This document shows positions 43,623-52,999 of a stretch of 64,000 nt of DNA, one piece after another. The stretch is from assembly GCA_018969385.1 (NCBI GenBank), contig JAGWYL010000002.1, positions 289 through 64,288 on the forward strand. The letters run 5' to 3'. How positions within the stretch are numbered: the first letter of the stretch is position 1; every line of letters starts with the position of its first letter. The position numbers were made by a program, and so were the translations under genes. This DNA is from Patescibacteria group bacterium. GTDB taxonomy: Bacteria; Patescibacteriota; Minisyncoccia; Phycocordibacterales; Phycocordibacteraceae. The notes below the pieces were generated by a model. It did not search any database, had not been told where the DNA came from, and saw only the letters and a list, made by a program, of their open reading frames with translations.

Positions 43623-44858
43623 TCATTCATAGCGCAACGCGTCGATGGGGTTCAGGTTCGCCGCGCGCCGCGCCGGGTACCAGCCGAAGGCGATGCCGAT
43701 GGCGGCGGAAACGCCGAAGGCGAGCACCACCGAAGAGAGCGTCACCTGCGCGGCCACGATGCCCATCGCGGTCACCGCGTATGCGGCGGACCAGCCGAGC
43801 GCGACGCCCGCCGCGCCGCCGATGAACGTGAGCGCGACGGCTTCGGCGAGGAACTGCCGGTTTATGTCCGCCTTCGTCGCGCCGATGGCCTTCCGGAGCC
43901 CGATCTCGCGCATGCGCTCCGTCACGTTCGTGAGCATCATGTTCATGATGCCGATGCCGCCGACGAGGAGCGAGATGCCGGCGACGGCCGCAAGGAGCGT
44001 GGTGAACGTTCCGGTCACGCTCGAAGCCGCGGAGACCAGGTCCTGCTGATTGAGGATGCTGAAGTCAGCTTTCGCGGGGTCGCTCACCCCGTGGCGGGAA
44101 AGCAGGAGCGCGGTGACGTCGCTTTGCACCTGCGACATCGACTGCTGCGTCGCCGCCTGTATGTCTATCGTCGAGAGGAACTGATTGCCCGTTCCGGCGA
44201 AATACTGGAGCGCGGTCCCGAGCGGTATGAATATCTCGTTGTCCTGGCTGCCGAAGCCCGAACCGCCCTTCGTCGCCATGAGGCCGATGACGGTGAACTG
44301 CATGTTGTTCACGCGGATGTTTTTTCCGACCAGGTTCGTGGAGGTGGCGTCCGTACCGAAGAGGTCGGTGGCGACCGTGGAGCCGATGACGGCGACTTTC
44401 GAAAGGGAGAGCGACTGGCTGTCCGTGATGAACGCTCCTTGGTCCATGGAAATGTTCCGGATGCCCGCATAGCTCCCGTTCACGCCGTCGACGGTGGTGT
44501 TCGTATTCGCGCCGGCGACGGTGACCTGGTAGCGGGAGGAGTATTCGCCGGAAACCGCCGCGACGTTCGCGACGCCCATGATGGCGGTCTCGTCGCCCGG
44601 CGTAAGCGACTTCGCGGAGCCGCGGCCGCTTGAAGCGCCGAAACCTATCATGCGCACCGCGCCGGGCATCACCTCGAGCAGGTTCGAACCGAGCGAGTCT
44701 ATCGAGGCGGAGATGGAGTTCTGCGCGCCCTGGCCTATGGCGGTGAGCGCGATGACCGACGCGATGCCGATGACGATGCCGAGTATGGTGAGGCCCGAGC
44801 GGGTCTTGTTCGCGGAAAGCGCCGCGTGGGTCTCTTCGAAGAGGTCGCGCGTGGTCAT
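43623..44858 (-). CDS. MacB/FtsX-family ABC transporter permease
   Basis: RSGLTILGIVIGIASV, ISLLVGGIGIMNMML..ERMREIGLRKAIGA, PARRAANLNPIDALRYE. Confidence 0.93.
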   Translation of the reverse strand: MTTRDLFEETHAALSANKTRSGLTILGIVIGIASVIALTAIGQGAQNSISASIDSLGSNLLEVMPGAVRMIGFGASSGRGSAKSLTPGDETAIMGVANVAAVSGEYSSRYQVTVAGANTNTTVDGVNGSYAGIRNISMDQGAFITDSQSLSLSKVAVIGSTVATDLFGTDATSTNLVGKNIRVNNMQFTVIGLMATKGGSGFGSQDNEIFIPLGTALQYFAGTGNQFLSTIDIQAATQQSMSQVQSDVTALLLSRHGVSDPAKADFSILNQQDLVSAASSVTGTFTTLLAAVAGISLLVGGIGIMNMMLTNVTERMREIGLRKAIGATKADINRQFLAEAVALTFIGGAAGVALGWSAAYAVTAMGIVAAQVTLSSVVLAFGVSAAIGIAFGWYPARRAANLNPIDALRYE

Positions 44859-44862
44859 ACGG

Positions 44863-45597
44863 TCATACGGTGGCGTCGTCGTAGAGCGCGGTTTCCCGCG
44901 TCGCGTCGCGCGGCGCGGGATTCTTCTCGTCGGAGATGATGCGGCCGTCCTTGAGCCGTATGATGCGGCCCGCGTGTAGGGCGATATCCGGCTCATGCGT
45001 GATGAGCACGATGGTGCGTCCGTGCGTACGGTTCAGCGTCTGGAGCGTACCGAGGACGACGAGGCTCGTCTTGCTATCGAGGTTGCCCGTCGGTTCGTCC
45101 GCGAGGATGAGCGCGGGGTCGTTCACCAAAGCGCGCGCGATGGCGACGCGCTGGATCTGGCCCCCTGAAAGCTGGTTCGAGAGGTGGCCGAAATGGTCTT
45201 CGGGGAGTCCGGCTGCGAGAAGCGCGGCGGTCGCGCGCTTCTCGCGCTCATGCGGCTCGACATCCGCATACACGAGCGGCAGGACGACATTCCGGAGCAC
45301 GGTGGTGCGCGGGAGGAGATTGAAAGCCTGGAAGACGAATCCTATCTTGTCCTTGCGGATTTCCGCGAGCTCGTCGTCCGTCATCGTCGAGACGTCCCGG
45401 CCGTCGAGCACGTACGTGCCCGAGGTCGGCGTATCGAGGCAGCCGACGATGTGCATCAGGGTCGACTTGCCGCTTCCGGAAGGGCCCATGATGGCGACGA
45501 ATTCGCCCTCGTCGACCGAGAAGCTGATGCCCTTGAGCGCGGTGTACGCCTCGGGTCCCGATCCGTACGTCTTCTCGATATCCTTGAGCTCTATCAT
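44863..45597 (-). CDS. MacB/LolD-type ABC ATP-binding protein
   Basis: GPSGSGKST, LSGGQ, ILADEPTGNLD. Confidence 0.95.
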   Translation of the reverse strand: MIELKDIEKTYGSGPEAYTALKGISFSVDEGEFVAIMGPSGSGKSTLMHIVGCLDTPTSGTYVLDGRDVSTMTDDELAEIRKDKIGFVFQAFNLLPRTTVLRNVVLPLVYADVEPHEREKRATAALLAAGLPEDHFGHLSNQLSGGQIQRVAIARALVNDPALILADEPTGNLDSKTSLVVLGTLQTLNRTHGRTIVLITHEPDIALHAGRIIRLKDGRIISDEKNPAPRDATRETALYDDATV

Positions 45598-45602
45598 GAC
45601 GG

Positions 45603-47414
45603 TTATCCGCCGACGGCGCGGAACACCGCTCCGCCGCCGCCCGCGCGCACCGCGCCGCCGCGGGCGCCGGCGGCGTTGAAGATGGACGGCGCTGCCGATG
45701 CGGACGTTTGCGCCGTCCCCGCTATTGTCGAGGTCACCACCTGCTCGCCGGCCGAAAGCCCGGCGGTGATGAGGGTCTCGGTATTGTCGGTAAGGCCGGC
45801 GGTCACCATGACGCGCGAAGGCGGAACCGGACTCTCCGCGCCGCCCGGCGCAAAACTTCCGGAAAGCGGGGGAGTGAAGACCTCCACGTAACTCTGCGTG
45901 CCCGCCGTCTTCACCGCGCTTGCCGGGACGACGAGTCCCGTCCCGCTATCGACGATGACGTTCGCGGTCGCGCTCATGCCGGGCTTCACCGCCGCATTCG
46001 CCGTGTCGAAAGTGATGGTCGCATCGTAGGAGACCACGCCCTGCGAGACGGTGCCGAGCGTGTCTATCTCGCTTACCGTGCCCGCGAGCGTCACGCCGGG
46101 AAGCGCGTCGAACGTGACCGTCGCCTTCTGTCCCGTCTTGAGCTTCGACGCGTCCACCTCGTTCACGGATATCGTGAGCGTGTTCTGGTCCGTGATGAGC
46201 GTAGCCATCGTCGTGCCGGACGAAGCTTGGTCGTACACCTTCACGGGAACCGACGCGACGGTGCCGGAGAACGGCGCGACGACCGTGTAGTCAGAAAGAT
46301 TCTGCTTAGCGGTCGTGACCGCTTCCTGCGCTTTCTTGAGCGTGAGCGCCGCGGACTGGAGCGTGAGCGCGTTCGCGCCGCCCTCCGTCATGTCGAGCGT
46401 GTTTTGCGCCACCGCCACCGCTTGCTCCGCGGAAATGATATCCGTCTTCACCGTGAGCGCGTTCGAAAGGTCGGTCGTGACCGTCGCGGTGTAGCCGTTC
46501 ACGGACGTGATGAGCCCCGCGAGTACGGAGGAAGACTGATAGTTGTACAGCGTGTAATCCGTGCTTACGCGGTCGAAAAAGTCATGCGCGTCCTTCACGG
46601 CGTCGGCGACGGTCTCGGTCGCCGCGTAGGTCTGCTGCGCGAGCGTCGTGAGCTCTTCGTCCGTCGCGGAGCGCGGCGTGGCCTTGTACGCCAGGACCGC
46701 CGTATCATATGCGGCGACCGCGGCGTCATAGGACGACTGCGCGGAGGTCTGGAAAGGATTGATGTTCGTATCGTTCGCGGAAACGATGTCCCGGTACGCG
46801 TTGAGGTTCGTCTGGCTCGTGCGGCCGGTCACGTTGTAGCCGTGGAGCACGGTATCAAGGCCATTCAGGACCGTGGCGAGGTCCGTGTAGACGCTCGCGA
46901 TGGAAGCGTACGAGCTGTCGCGGGTCTTGGCGAGCGACGTCTCGGCATTCGTGACGCCGTTTTGCGCCGTGAGCAGGTTGAGCGAAAGCGTCGAGGTAGC
47001 CGTGTCTTGCGCGTACGTAAGTTCCGCGGTCTGCAGCGAAAGTTCCGCGTCGGCAAGCGCCTGCTTCGCGTCGGTCGCGTCGAGCTGCCCGATGACCTGT
47101 CCGGCGCTCACATGCTCTCCGGGCGTGACGTACATCCCGACGATTTCTCCCGACGCCTGCGGCGTAAGCGCGAGTTCGCGCGACGCGCTCACCTGGCCTG
47201 TCTCGGAAAGCGTGGCGACGACCGTGCCCGTGGCGACCGTCGTCGTCACATAGCGCGTCGCCGTTGAAGGCGCGGTCACCATTCCGTACGCAGACCAGCC
47301 GCCCCAGAGCACCGCGACGAGAACGATGCCGCTTACGAGCTTGTGTGCGGCCGCGTATGCGCGAAGCGCGGCGACCTTTGCGCCAAGCGAGGCGCGTAGA
47401 GGAGCGGGTTCCAT
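45603..47414 (-). CDS. MacA/HlyD-type adaptor with a long coiled coil
   Basis: N-terminal TM, lipoyl halves (ASGEI..V..GEHV, APFSGTV), VNEVD, VKPGMSA. Confidence 0.88.
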   Translation of the reverse strand: MEPAPLRASLGAKVAALRAYAAAHKLVSGIVLVAVLWGGWSAYGMVTAPSTATRYVTTTVATGTVVATLSETGQVSASRELALTPQASGEIVGMYVTPGEHVSAGQVIGQLDATDAKQALADAELSLQTAELTYAQDTATSTLSLNLLTAQNGVTNAETSLAKTRDSSYASIASVYTDLATVLNGLDTVLHGYNVTGRTSQTNLNAYRDIVSANDTNINPFQTSAQSSYDAAVAAYDTAVLAYKATPRSATDEELTTLAQQTYAATETVADAVKDAHDFFDRVSTDYTLYNYQSSSVLAGLITSVNGYTATVTTDLSNALTVKTDIISAEQAVAVAQNTLDMTEGGANALTLQSAALTLKKAQEAVTTAKQNLSDYTVVAPFSGTVASVPVKVYDQASSGTTMATLITDQNTLTISVNEVDASKLKTGQKATVTFDALPGVTLAGTVSEIDTLGTVSQGVVSYDATITFDTANAAVKPGMSATANVIVDSGTGLVVPASAVKTAGTQSYVEVFTPPLSGSFAPGGAESPVPPSRVMVTAGLTDNTETLITAGLSAGEQVVTSTIAGTAQTSASAAPSIFNAAGARGGAVRAGGGGAVFRAVGG

Positions 47415-47580
47415 GGAAGCAAGGGTGGTGAGGGGATAGGTGATAAGGCCGCGGAAGCGGTATGCCTCTTAGTACGCGGTATGGCCGGATTTGTTTGGAG
47501 GACGCGGGCAGGCGGAGGAACGAAAGAGCGGCGGCTTCCTTGCACCCGAAGGTGCATGGAAGCCGCCGCATCGGGACCGC

Positions 47581-47883
47581 CTAGTCGACGAATCCCCATC
47601 GCTGCGCCTTGTAGCCCTTCCCCTTCATGTTCGGAAAGGCGACGAGCACGACGAGGTCGCCCTCTAGCGGCCTGCGGCGCTGCGGCCGGTTCGTTATGTA
47701 CGGCCTGTCGTGCCCTTCTTTCGGCGCTTCGACCACCTTGCAACGGTCGAAGAAGCACTTCACGTCCCGCTCCTCGTCGCGTCCGTTTATCGGACGCACG
47801 AAGCAGAAAGACGAATCTGCGCCCGCGTCGTCGTATATCCTCGCGACCCTTCCGTACGCGAATAGGTACTCGGTGCTGGCCAT
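47581..47883 (-). CDS. Hypothetical protein, cold-shock/OB-fold-like
   Basis: GRVARIY..FCFV..DVKCF..EGDLVV..KGKGYKA pattern; SD ggaggg. Confidence 0.5.
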   Translation of the reverse strand: MASTEYLFAYGRVARIYDDAGADSSFCFVRPINGRDEERDVKCFFDRCKVVEAPKEGHDRPYITNRPQRRRPLEGDLVVLVAFPNMKGKGYKAQRWGFVD

Positions 47884-47987
47884 CGGCGTTCCCTCCGTCA
47901 GGCTGATGAAAAAAGATTCCGTGCGCACACTAGCATACCGCGCGCGCGGAACAAGACGCGCGCGGTGCGCGAAGCGCCCGTCCGGAC

Positions 47988-49796
47988 TCACTCGCTCGCC
48001 GTGAGCATGTACCGCTTGATGTCTTCGAAGGTGCCGCCGACTTTCTTGCCGGGGTTGAGGATGTTCTCGGGATCGAACGCCTTCTTCACTTCTTCGAACA
48101 GCGCGACCATCTCCGCGCCGAAGAGCATGGGGAGGTACGGCGTGCGGATGATGCCGTCATTATGCTCGCCGGTCGTCGTGCCGCCGTACTTGATGACGAG
48201 CTCGTAGACTTTCGGCGCGAGTTCGAGGATGGTCTCGCGGGAAATGGGCTTCGAGAGGTCCATGAGCGGGATGATGTGGAAGTTCCCGTTGCCGATGTGG
48301 CCGGCGATGGTGTAGATGAAGCGGTCCTGATACTGCGCAAGGAGCGCGGATAGTTCCGGCAGGAATTTCGGGTATGACGCAGGCGGCACGACGAAGTCGT
48401 CGATGAAGGGGGAGGCGTAGTAGCCGTGGAGCGACTTGCGCAGGAGCGCGAAGCTCTCGCGCCGGACTATCCAATATTTCTCGCTCTCGGCCTCATTTTT
48501 CTCTATCTTCGTCTCGAGATGGAACTCGGCGAGCGCGTCCTGCGCCGCCTTCGCCTTCGCGTCCGCTTCTTCGATGGTGTTCTCCGCGAACTCGGCCATG
48601 AGGATGAGCTTCGGCACGCCGCCTACGAGCACCGTTTCCACTTCCGGCAAGAACTCGATGCCGAGGTGCACGGCCTTCGCGAGCCCCATCTGCTTGAGGA
48701 GGTCGAAGAGGAACCGCGTCGCGAACGTGAAGGTCTTGTCGTCGTAGCTTTCGAACGATTCGGGATTGAGCGGCAGCACCTTCGCGACGATGTCCGGCAA
48801 CGGCGCGAGGTCATGGAGGAAGATGACGAGCATGGCGCGGTGCGGCTTGTCCTTCACGAGCCCGAGCCGCGCGCGCGTCCACAGCGCGAGCGTGCCCTGG
48901 CTGCCGCAGATGAGCTTCGCGAGGTTCACGCCGCCGTCCGGCGTGCGCACGTTCCAGAGCGCGTAGCCCGCGGAGTTCTTCGAAACCTCCGGCTTCTTTT
49001 CGGCGATAAGGTCGGCGTTCTTCGTGATGACCTCATCGACCGTGCGATAGATGGAACCTTCGAGCGTCTCGAGTTTCTTCTTCTCGTCGAGCTCGGCGCT
49101 CGTGAGCGCTTTGAATGTCGCCTTCGAGCCGTCCGAAAGCACGACCTCCATCTCCTCTATATAGTCTTCCGTCTTGCCGTACTCGAGCGTGCGCTCGCCG
49201 CCGGAATTATTCGCGACGATGCCGCCCATGGCGCAGAGCTCGCGGCTTGCGGGGTAGGAGGGGAGTATGAGGTCCTGCTTGAGGGTCTCCTTCTCGAAGT
49301 CGCGGTAGAAGACGCCGGGTTCCGTGATGGCGTATCCGGCGACATGCGCGCTTTGCAGTCCGTTCGCGTTCAAAGCGGAACTCGTTTCAATACCGGCTCG
49401 CGGTGCATGGTTCGGAAGAAGCCCATTCAAGTCTTCCGAACCATGCACTCCCTCGCCGGAAGTTTTGAAATGAGTTCCGTCGGCAGCGCCGACCTCGCCC
49501 ATGTGATTCATATATCTGGTGAATGAGATGACGACGCCGTCCGTGAGCGGGCCGCCGGACATGTCCGTGCCGGCCGAGCGCGCGGCGAGCGCTACCTGCG
49601 CGCCGCCCTCCCGGGCGGCGCGCACCACCCTTACCGCCGCCGCCACGTCATCCGCATCCTTCGGAAATACCACCAGCTTCGGCATCCGCATGAAAAGGGA
49701 CGTGTCCCTGCTCGCCTTCGCGAGGTCCTCCGGCGCGTCCGACACGTCGCCTTTCACTACGTCTGTCAATCTCGATTTCAGTTCTTGTACATCCAT
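47988..49796 (-). CDS. FAD-binding oxidoreductase (GlcD/D-lactate dehydrogenase family) with an in-frame palindromic insertion
   Basis: RSAGTDMSG, GGIVANNSGG, GSQGTL, GHIGNGNFH, GEHNDG, FDPENILNPGK. Confidence 0.9.
   Translation of the reverse strand: MDVQELKSRLTDVVKGDVSDAPEDLAKASRDTSLFMRMPKLVVFPKDADDVAAAVRVVRAAREGGAQVALAARSAGTDMSGGPLTDGVVISFTRYMNHMGEVGAADGTHFKTSGEGVHGSEDLNGLLPNHAPRAGIETSSALNANGLQSAHVAGYAITEPGVFYRDFEKETLKQDLILPSYPASRELCAMGGIVANNSGGERTLEYGKTEDYIEEMEVVLSDGSKATFKALTSAELDEKKKLETLEGSIYRTVDEVITKNADLIAEKKPEVSKNSAGYALWNVRTPDGGVNLAKLICGSQGTLALWTRARLGLVKDKPHRAMLVIFLHDLAPLPDIVAKVLPLNPESFESYDDKTFTFATRFLFDLLKQMGLAKAVHLGIEFLPEVETVLVGGVPKLILMAEFAENTIEEADAKAKAAQDALAEFHLETKIEKNEAESEKYWIVRRESFALLRKSLHGYYASPFIDDFVVPPASYPKFLPELSALLAQYQDRFIYTIAGHIGNGNFHIIPLMDLSKPISRETILELAPKVYELVIKYGGTTTGEHNDGIIRTPYLPMLFGAEMVALFEEVKKAFDPENILNPGKKVGGTFEDIKRYMLTASE
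49376..49479. repeat. Family-A palindromic element inside a coding sequence
   Basis: cggaactcgtttcaataccggctcgcggtgcatggttcggaag...cttccgaaccatgcac...ccggaagttttgaaatgagttccg. Confidence 0.9.
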
Positions 49797-50081
49797 GGAG
49801 CCAGTATACCCCTTACGCTACGCTATACTGAGTGCATAGTATGCCGTTCTCCGAACGACCGGCAAGGCAGAGCGATATTCCTTGGTTCTTTTCTTGCGCG
49901 TCCTCGCTCGCCATACTCGCGGCTAAGGAAGTGCGCTTGAGCGAGAGTTCGACCGACGGTTCTCATCTAGAGCTCATGCCGAGAGACCCTGCGCCTCAAG
50001 GACCGGAAACGACGGAACCAGGCCCCTTGCCCGAGCCTTCGCACCTGCCGTGACGGATTTGCATTGGTATAGAATAGGAAT

Positions 50082-50786
50082 ATGAGTACGAACGAGAACC
50101 TCACTAGGCAGGTGATTGCGGGTATAGGGGCGCTCCTCCTCGTGCTTATAATCTTTGTCTGGGCCGCGGATGCGAATATGCGTAAGACAGCGACGCCGGC
50201 GTCGCCGACGACGACGCCCGAGGGTGCCTACGGAGGACAGACCGTCACCACGCCGGGCGGCATCACGTTCGCCTATGGCGGTTCGTACGGGCTTGCGGTG
50301 ACCGAAGACCAGGTGCTCACGAAGGCGTACATTCCCCCGTGCGACCCCGGGTTCGACTACTGCCTCTACCGAACCGGCGAGGCCTATGCGAATACGAATT
50401 TCGAAAGCGCGGGACTGCGCATCGAAGAGCGCAAGGACCTGACGACGGAAAGCGCCTGCCTTAGCACGCCGCCAGCGGGCTATGCGGATTTCACGCCGAC
50501 CATACAGACGCACAGCGACTATTCGACGAGCGTTTTCTCGCCGCTCGGCGACGCGGGCGCGGGACACTATGCGCAGGGCGCGCTCTACCGGCTCTATTTC
50601 GGTACGACCTGCTACGAATTCGAGACGCGCATCGGGCAGACGCAGTTCGCGAACTATCCGCCGGGCGCGATACAGGAGTTCACGAAGGACGACCTCGCCG
50701 CCGTTTCCGCGGAACTCGCGGGCATGCTGGATTCCGTGACCATAGCCGCCACCGGCGAGCGCGTCGCGTTTCCTGAAACTCCGTAA
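50082..50786 (+). CDS. Membrane-anchored extracellular protein with four Cys
   Basis: N-terminal TM, Thr/Pro linker, DAGAGH..YRL..CYEF. Confidence 0.75.
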   Translation: MSTNENLTRQVIAGIGALLLVLIIFVWAADANMRKTATPASPTTTPEGAYGGQTVTTPGGITFAYGGSYGLAVTEDQVLTKAYIPPCDPGFDYCLYRTGEAYANTNFESAGLRIEERKDLTTESACLSTPPAGYADFTPTIQTHSDYSTSVFSPLGDAGAGHYAQGALYRLYFGTTCYEFETRIGQTQFANYPPGAIQEFTKDDLAAVSAELAGMLDSVTIAATGERVAFPETP

Positions 50787-50809
50787 GCCTTCGCGCGGTT
50801 ATTCCCGGT

Positions 50810-51430
50810 ATGAGGAATAGTAATCGCGCTTCGCGCGTCCTGTGGAAATTCCTGCCGCTTGCGCTTATCGCCACGGGCGCGGTGGGATACGCGATGCTCG
50901 CAACGCAGCAGGTATACCGGCAATCCCTGAACGACCCGCAGGTTGAGATGGCGGAAGACGCCGCCGCATACCTCGCGAAAGACTACGCGCCCGCCGCGCT
51001 CTTCACGCGCGGCGCGGCACCGGTGGACATTTCCACGAGCCTCGCGCCGTGGCTCGCCGTGTATGACGCTTCCGGCACGCCGCTCGAATCGGACGGCGTC
51101 TACCAGGGCGCGCCGCCGCGGCTTCCGCAGGGCGTCTTCGATACGTCGAAGTGGAACGCGCGCATCATCGGGCATCACATGAACAATGCGCCCGCGAATG
51201 AAAACCGTTTCAGCTGGCAGACCGCCTCCGGCGTGCGGGAAGCGGTAGTGCTCGTCGCGTTCACGGATGCGAACGGGAATCCCGCGTACGTCGCCGCGGG
51301 CCGCAACATGCGCGAAGCGGAAAATAGGGAAGCGGCGGTGCAAGCGCTCGGATTCGCGGCGCTTGGCGCCATCCTCATCGCGCTCCTTGCGCTCCTCACC
51401 GTCCTCGATTTCATCCGTCACCGCGCCTAA
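50810..51430 (+). CDS. Two-TM protein with an extracytoplasmic sensor-like domain
   Basis: TM-RQSLNDPQ...W.AVYD..G...FSWQ..GVREAVV...AGRNMRE-TM. Confidence 0.7.
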   Translation: MRNSNRASRVLWKFLPLALIATGAVGYAMLATQQVYRQSLNDPQVEMAEDAAAYLAKDYAPAALFTRGAAPVDISTSLAPWLAVYDASGTPLESDGVYQGAPPRLPQGVFDTSKWNARIIGHHMNNAPANENRFSWQTASGVREAVVLVAFTDANGNPAYVAAGRNMREAENREAAVQALGFAALGAILIALLALLTVLDFIRHRA

Positions 51431-51458
51431 GGCAGCCGCGGCGCGGTATACTTTCCCG

Positions 51459-52244
51459 ATGACCGACGCGTTCGCCGCGAAAGTGTTCGCTATCGTGCGC
51501 GGCACGCGCGCGCTTTCCTTGCCGCAGTGGGGAACCGCTGCCGTGAAGGAGAAGAAGGGCGAGCGCGGGGACAGCATCGTTACGGAAGCCGACCTTGCCG
51601 TCGAGCGGCAGCTTGCGGACGAGCTCGGCAAGCTGGATTCAGGCGTCAGCTTCGCGGGCGAAGAGTACGGCGGCAGCCGGGACGCGGCGCGGCTCTGGCT
51701 CGCGGACCCTATCGACGGAACCGCGCACTACGCGCGCGGCCTGCCATTCTGCACAACCATGCTCGCGTACATCGAGGACGGGGAAGTGCGGCTCGCCGCG
51801 ATATACGATTTCCTGAACGACGCGCTCTACCACGCGGTCAAGGGCGGCGGCGCTTTCCGGAACGGCGAACCTATCCGCGTCTCCGAACGGCCGTACGACA
51901 GCGCATACGTGGGATGGGAATCGCATCTCGCGAAACCGGAAAACCTCGCCCGCTATTTCGCGATGTTCGGACGGGCGCTTCCGTTCAAGACCATCTGCGC
52001 GGGTTACGAATTCGCGCTCATCGCTTCGGGAAAGCTCGAGGGCCGCGTGCAGTTCGACCCGCACGGGAAAGATTATGACTTCGCGCCCGGCTCGCTCCTG
52101 GTAAAGGAAGCGGGCGGCGTCGTCGCGAATCTGGGGAAGCGCACGTACGACTATCGCGAACTCGATTTCATCGCCGCGAACCCGCACGTTTTCGCCGCGC
52201 TTACCGAAGGCGCGGACGCTGCGTTTCCGATAACGGAAGGCTAG
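51459..52244 (+). CDS. Inositol monophosphatase family protein
   Basis: VTEADL, GEE, WLADPIDGT, YDFAPG..LVKEAGG; TATACT 6 nt before the ATG. Confidence 0.9.
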   Translation: MTDAFAAKVFAIVRGTRALSLPQWGTAAVKEKKGERGDSIVTEADLAVERQLADELGKLDSGVSFAGEEYGGSRDAARLWLADPIDGTAHYARGLPFCTTMLAYIEDGEVRLAAIYDFLNDALYHAVKGGGAFRNGEPIRVSERPYDSAYVGWESHLAKPENLARYFAMFGRALPFKTICAGYEFALIASGKLEGRVQFDPHGKDYDFAPGSLLVKEAGGVVANLGKRTYDYRELDFIAANPHVFAALTEGADAAFPITEG

Positions 52245-52297
52245 GAGCGCGGTAAGGGCCGCGCAGGTCCCGAACCGCCATTTGCTATACTGGACGC

Positions 52298-52864
52298 ATG
52301 AAAGCATACGTCGTCGCCGGTCTCGTCGCGGCCGTCATCATCGGCGGCGCGGCGGGCTACCTCCTCGTTCGCGCGAATCCGCCGGCCGCGGGAGGAACCG
52401 CCACCTCGACCGATGCAGGCGCGCCCGTAGCCGGAGCGGGCGAGCACTGCGGCGGATTCATCCGGAATGCGCCCGTCTGCGCCGCGGGCTTCCACTGCGA
52501 GCTTGCCGCTCTCCGACCGGACACCGGCGGAACCTGCGTCGCGGATACGGCTACGTCGACTACGGGCGTGAACGGAACCGTCCTACTTGGACCGACCTGT
52601 CCGGTCGAGCGTTTTCCGCCCGACCCTGCGTGCGCGCCGAAACCGTATCCGTCCACCGTGCGCGTGTACCGCGCGGGGTTGACGGACGCATTCGCGTTCA
52701 CGATGTCCGCCGATGGCACGTATTCGTTCCCGCTTCCGCCCGGAACGTACACGCTCACTGCGACGGGCGGAAATCCGTATCCGCGCTGTACGGAGGCGAG
52801 CGTAGAGGTGCCGGAAAGCGGCTACGTCACGGCGAATATCTCCTGCGATAGCGGCATCCGCTAG
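52298..52864 (+). CDS. Membrane-anchored Cys-rich extracellular protein with a beta-sandwich C-terminus
   Basis: TM; CGG..C..G..C..GGTC; GPTCPVE..C; LPPGTY; CDSGIR. Confidence 0.75.
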   Translation: MKAYVVAGLVAAVIIGGAAGYLLVRANPPAAGGTATSTDAGAPVAGAGEHCGGFIRNAPVCAAGFHCELAALRPDTGGTCVADTATSTTGVNGTVLLGPTCPVERFPPDPACAPKPYPSTVRVYRAGLTDAFAFTMSADGTYSFPLPPGTYTLTATGGNPYPRCTEASVEVPESGYVTANISCDSGIR

Positions 52865-52999
52865 GGATGCGTCCGCAGAAAACGGAAAGGGAAATATCCG
52901 TGCCCGCATGAACGGACGGCGAACGCCTGCGCTGCAAGCGACTGCTCGGATTTCGCCTCATATTTTTTTCATGTTCGCGCGGGCATGTATAATCGGCGG

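Noticed and set aside
3669-49479. Palindromic repeats as a CRISPR array or integron attC array
   Set aside because: They are dispersed, without regular spacers, and no cas or integrase gene is present in the window.
49832-50053. 73-aa ORF after a TATACT box
   Set aside because: No motif, low-complexity tail and imperfect start spacing; support is too weak to list.
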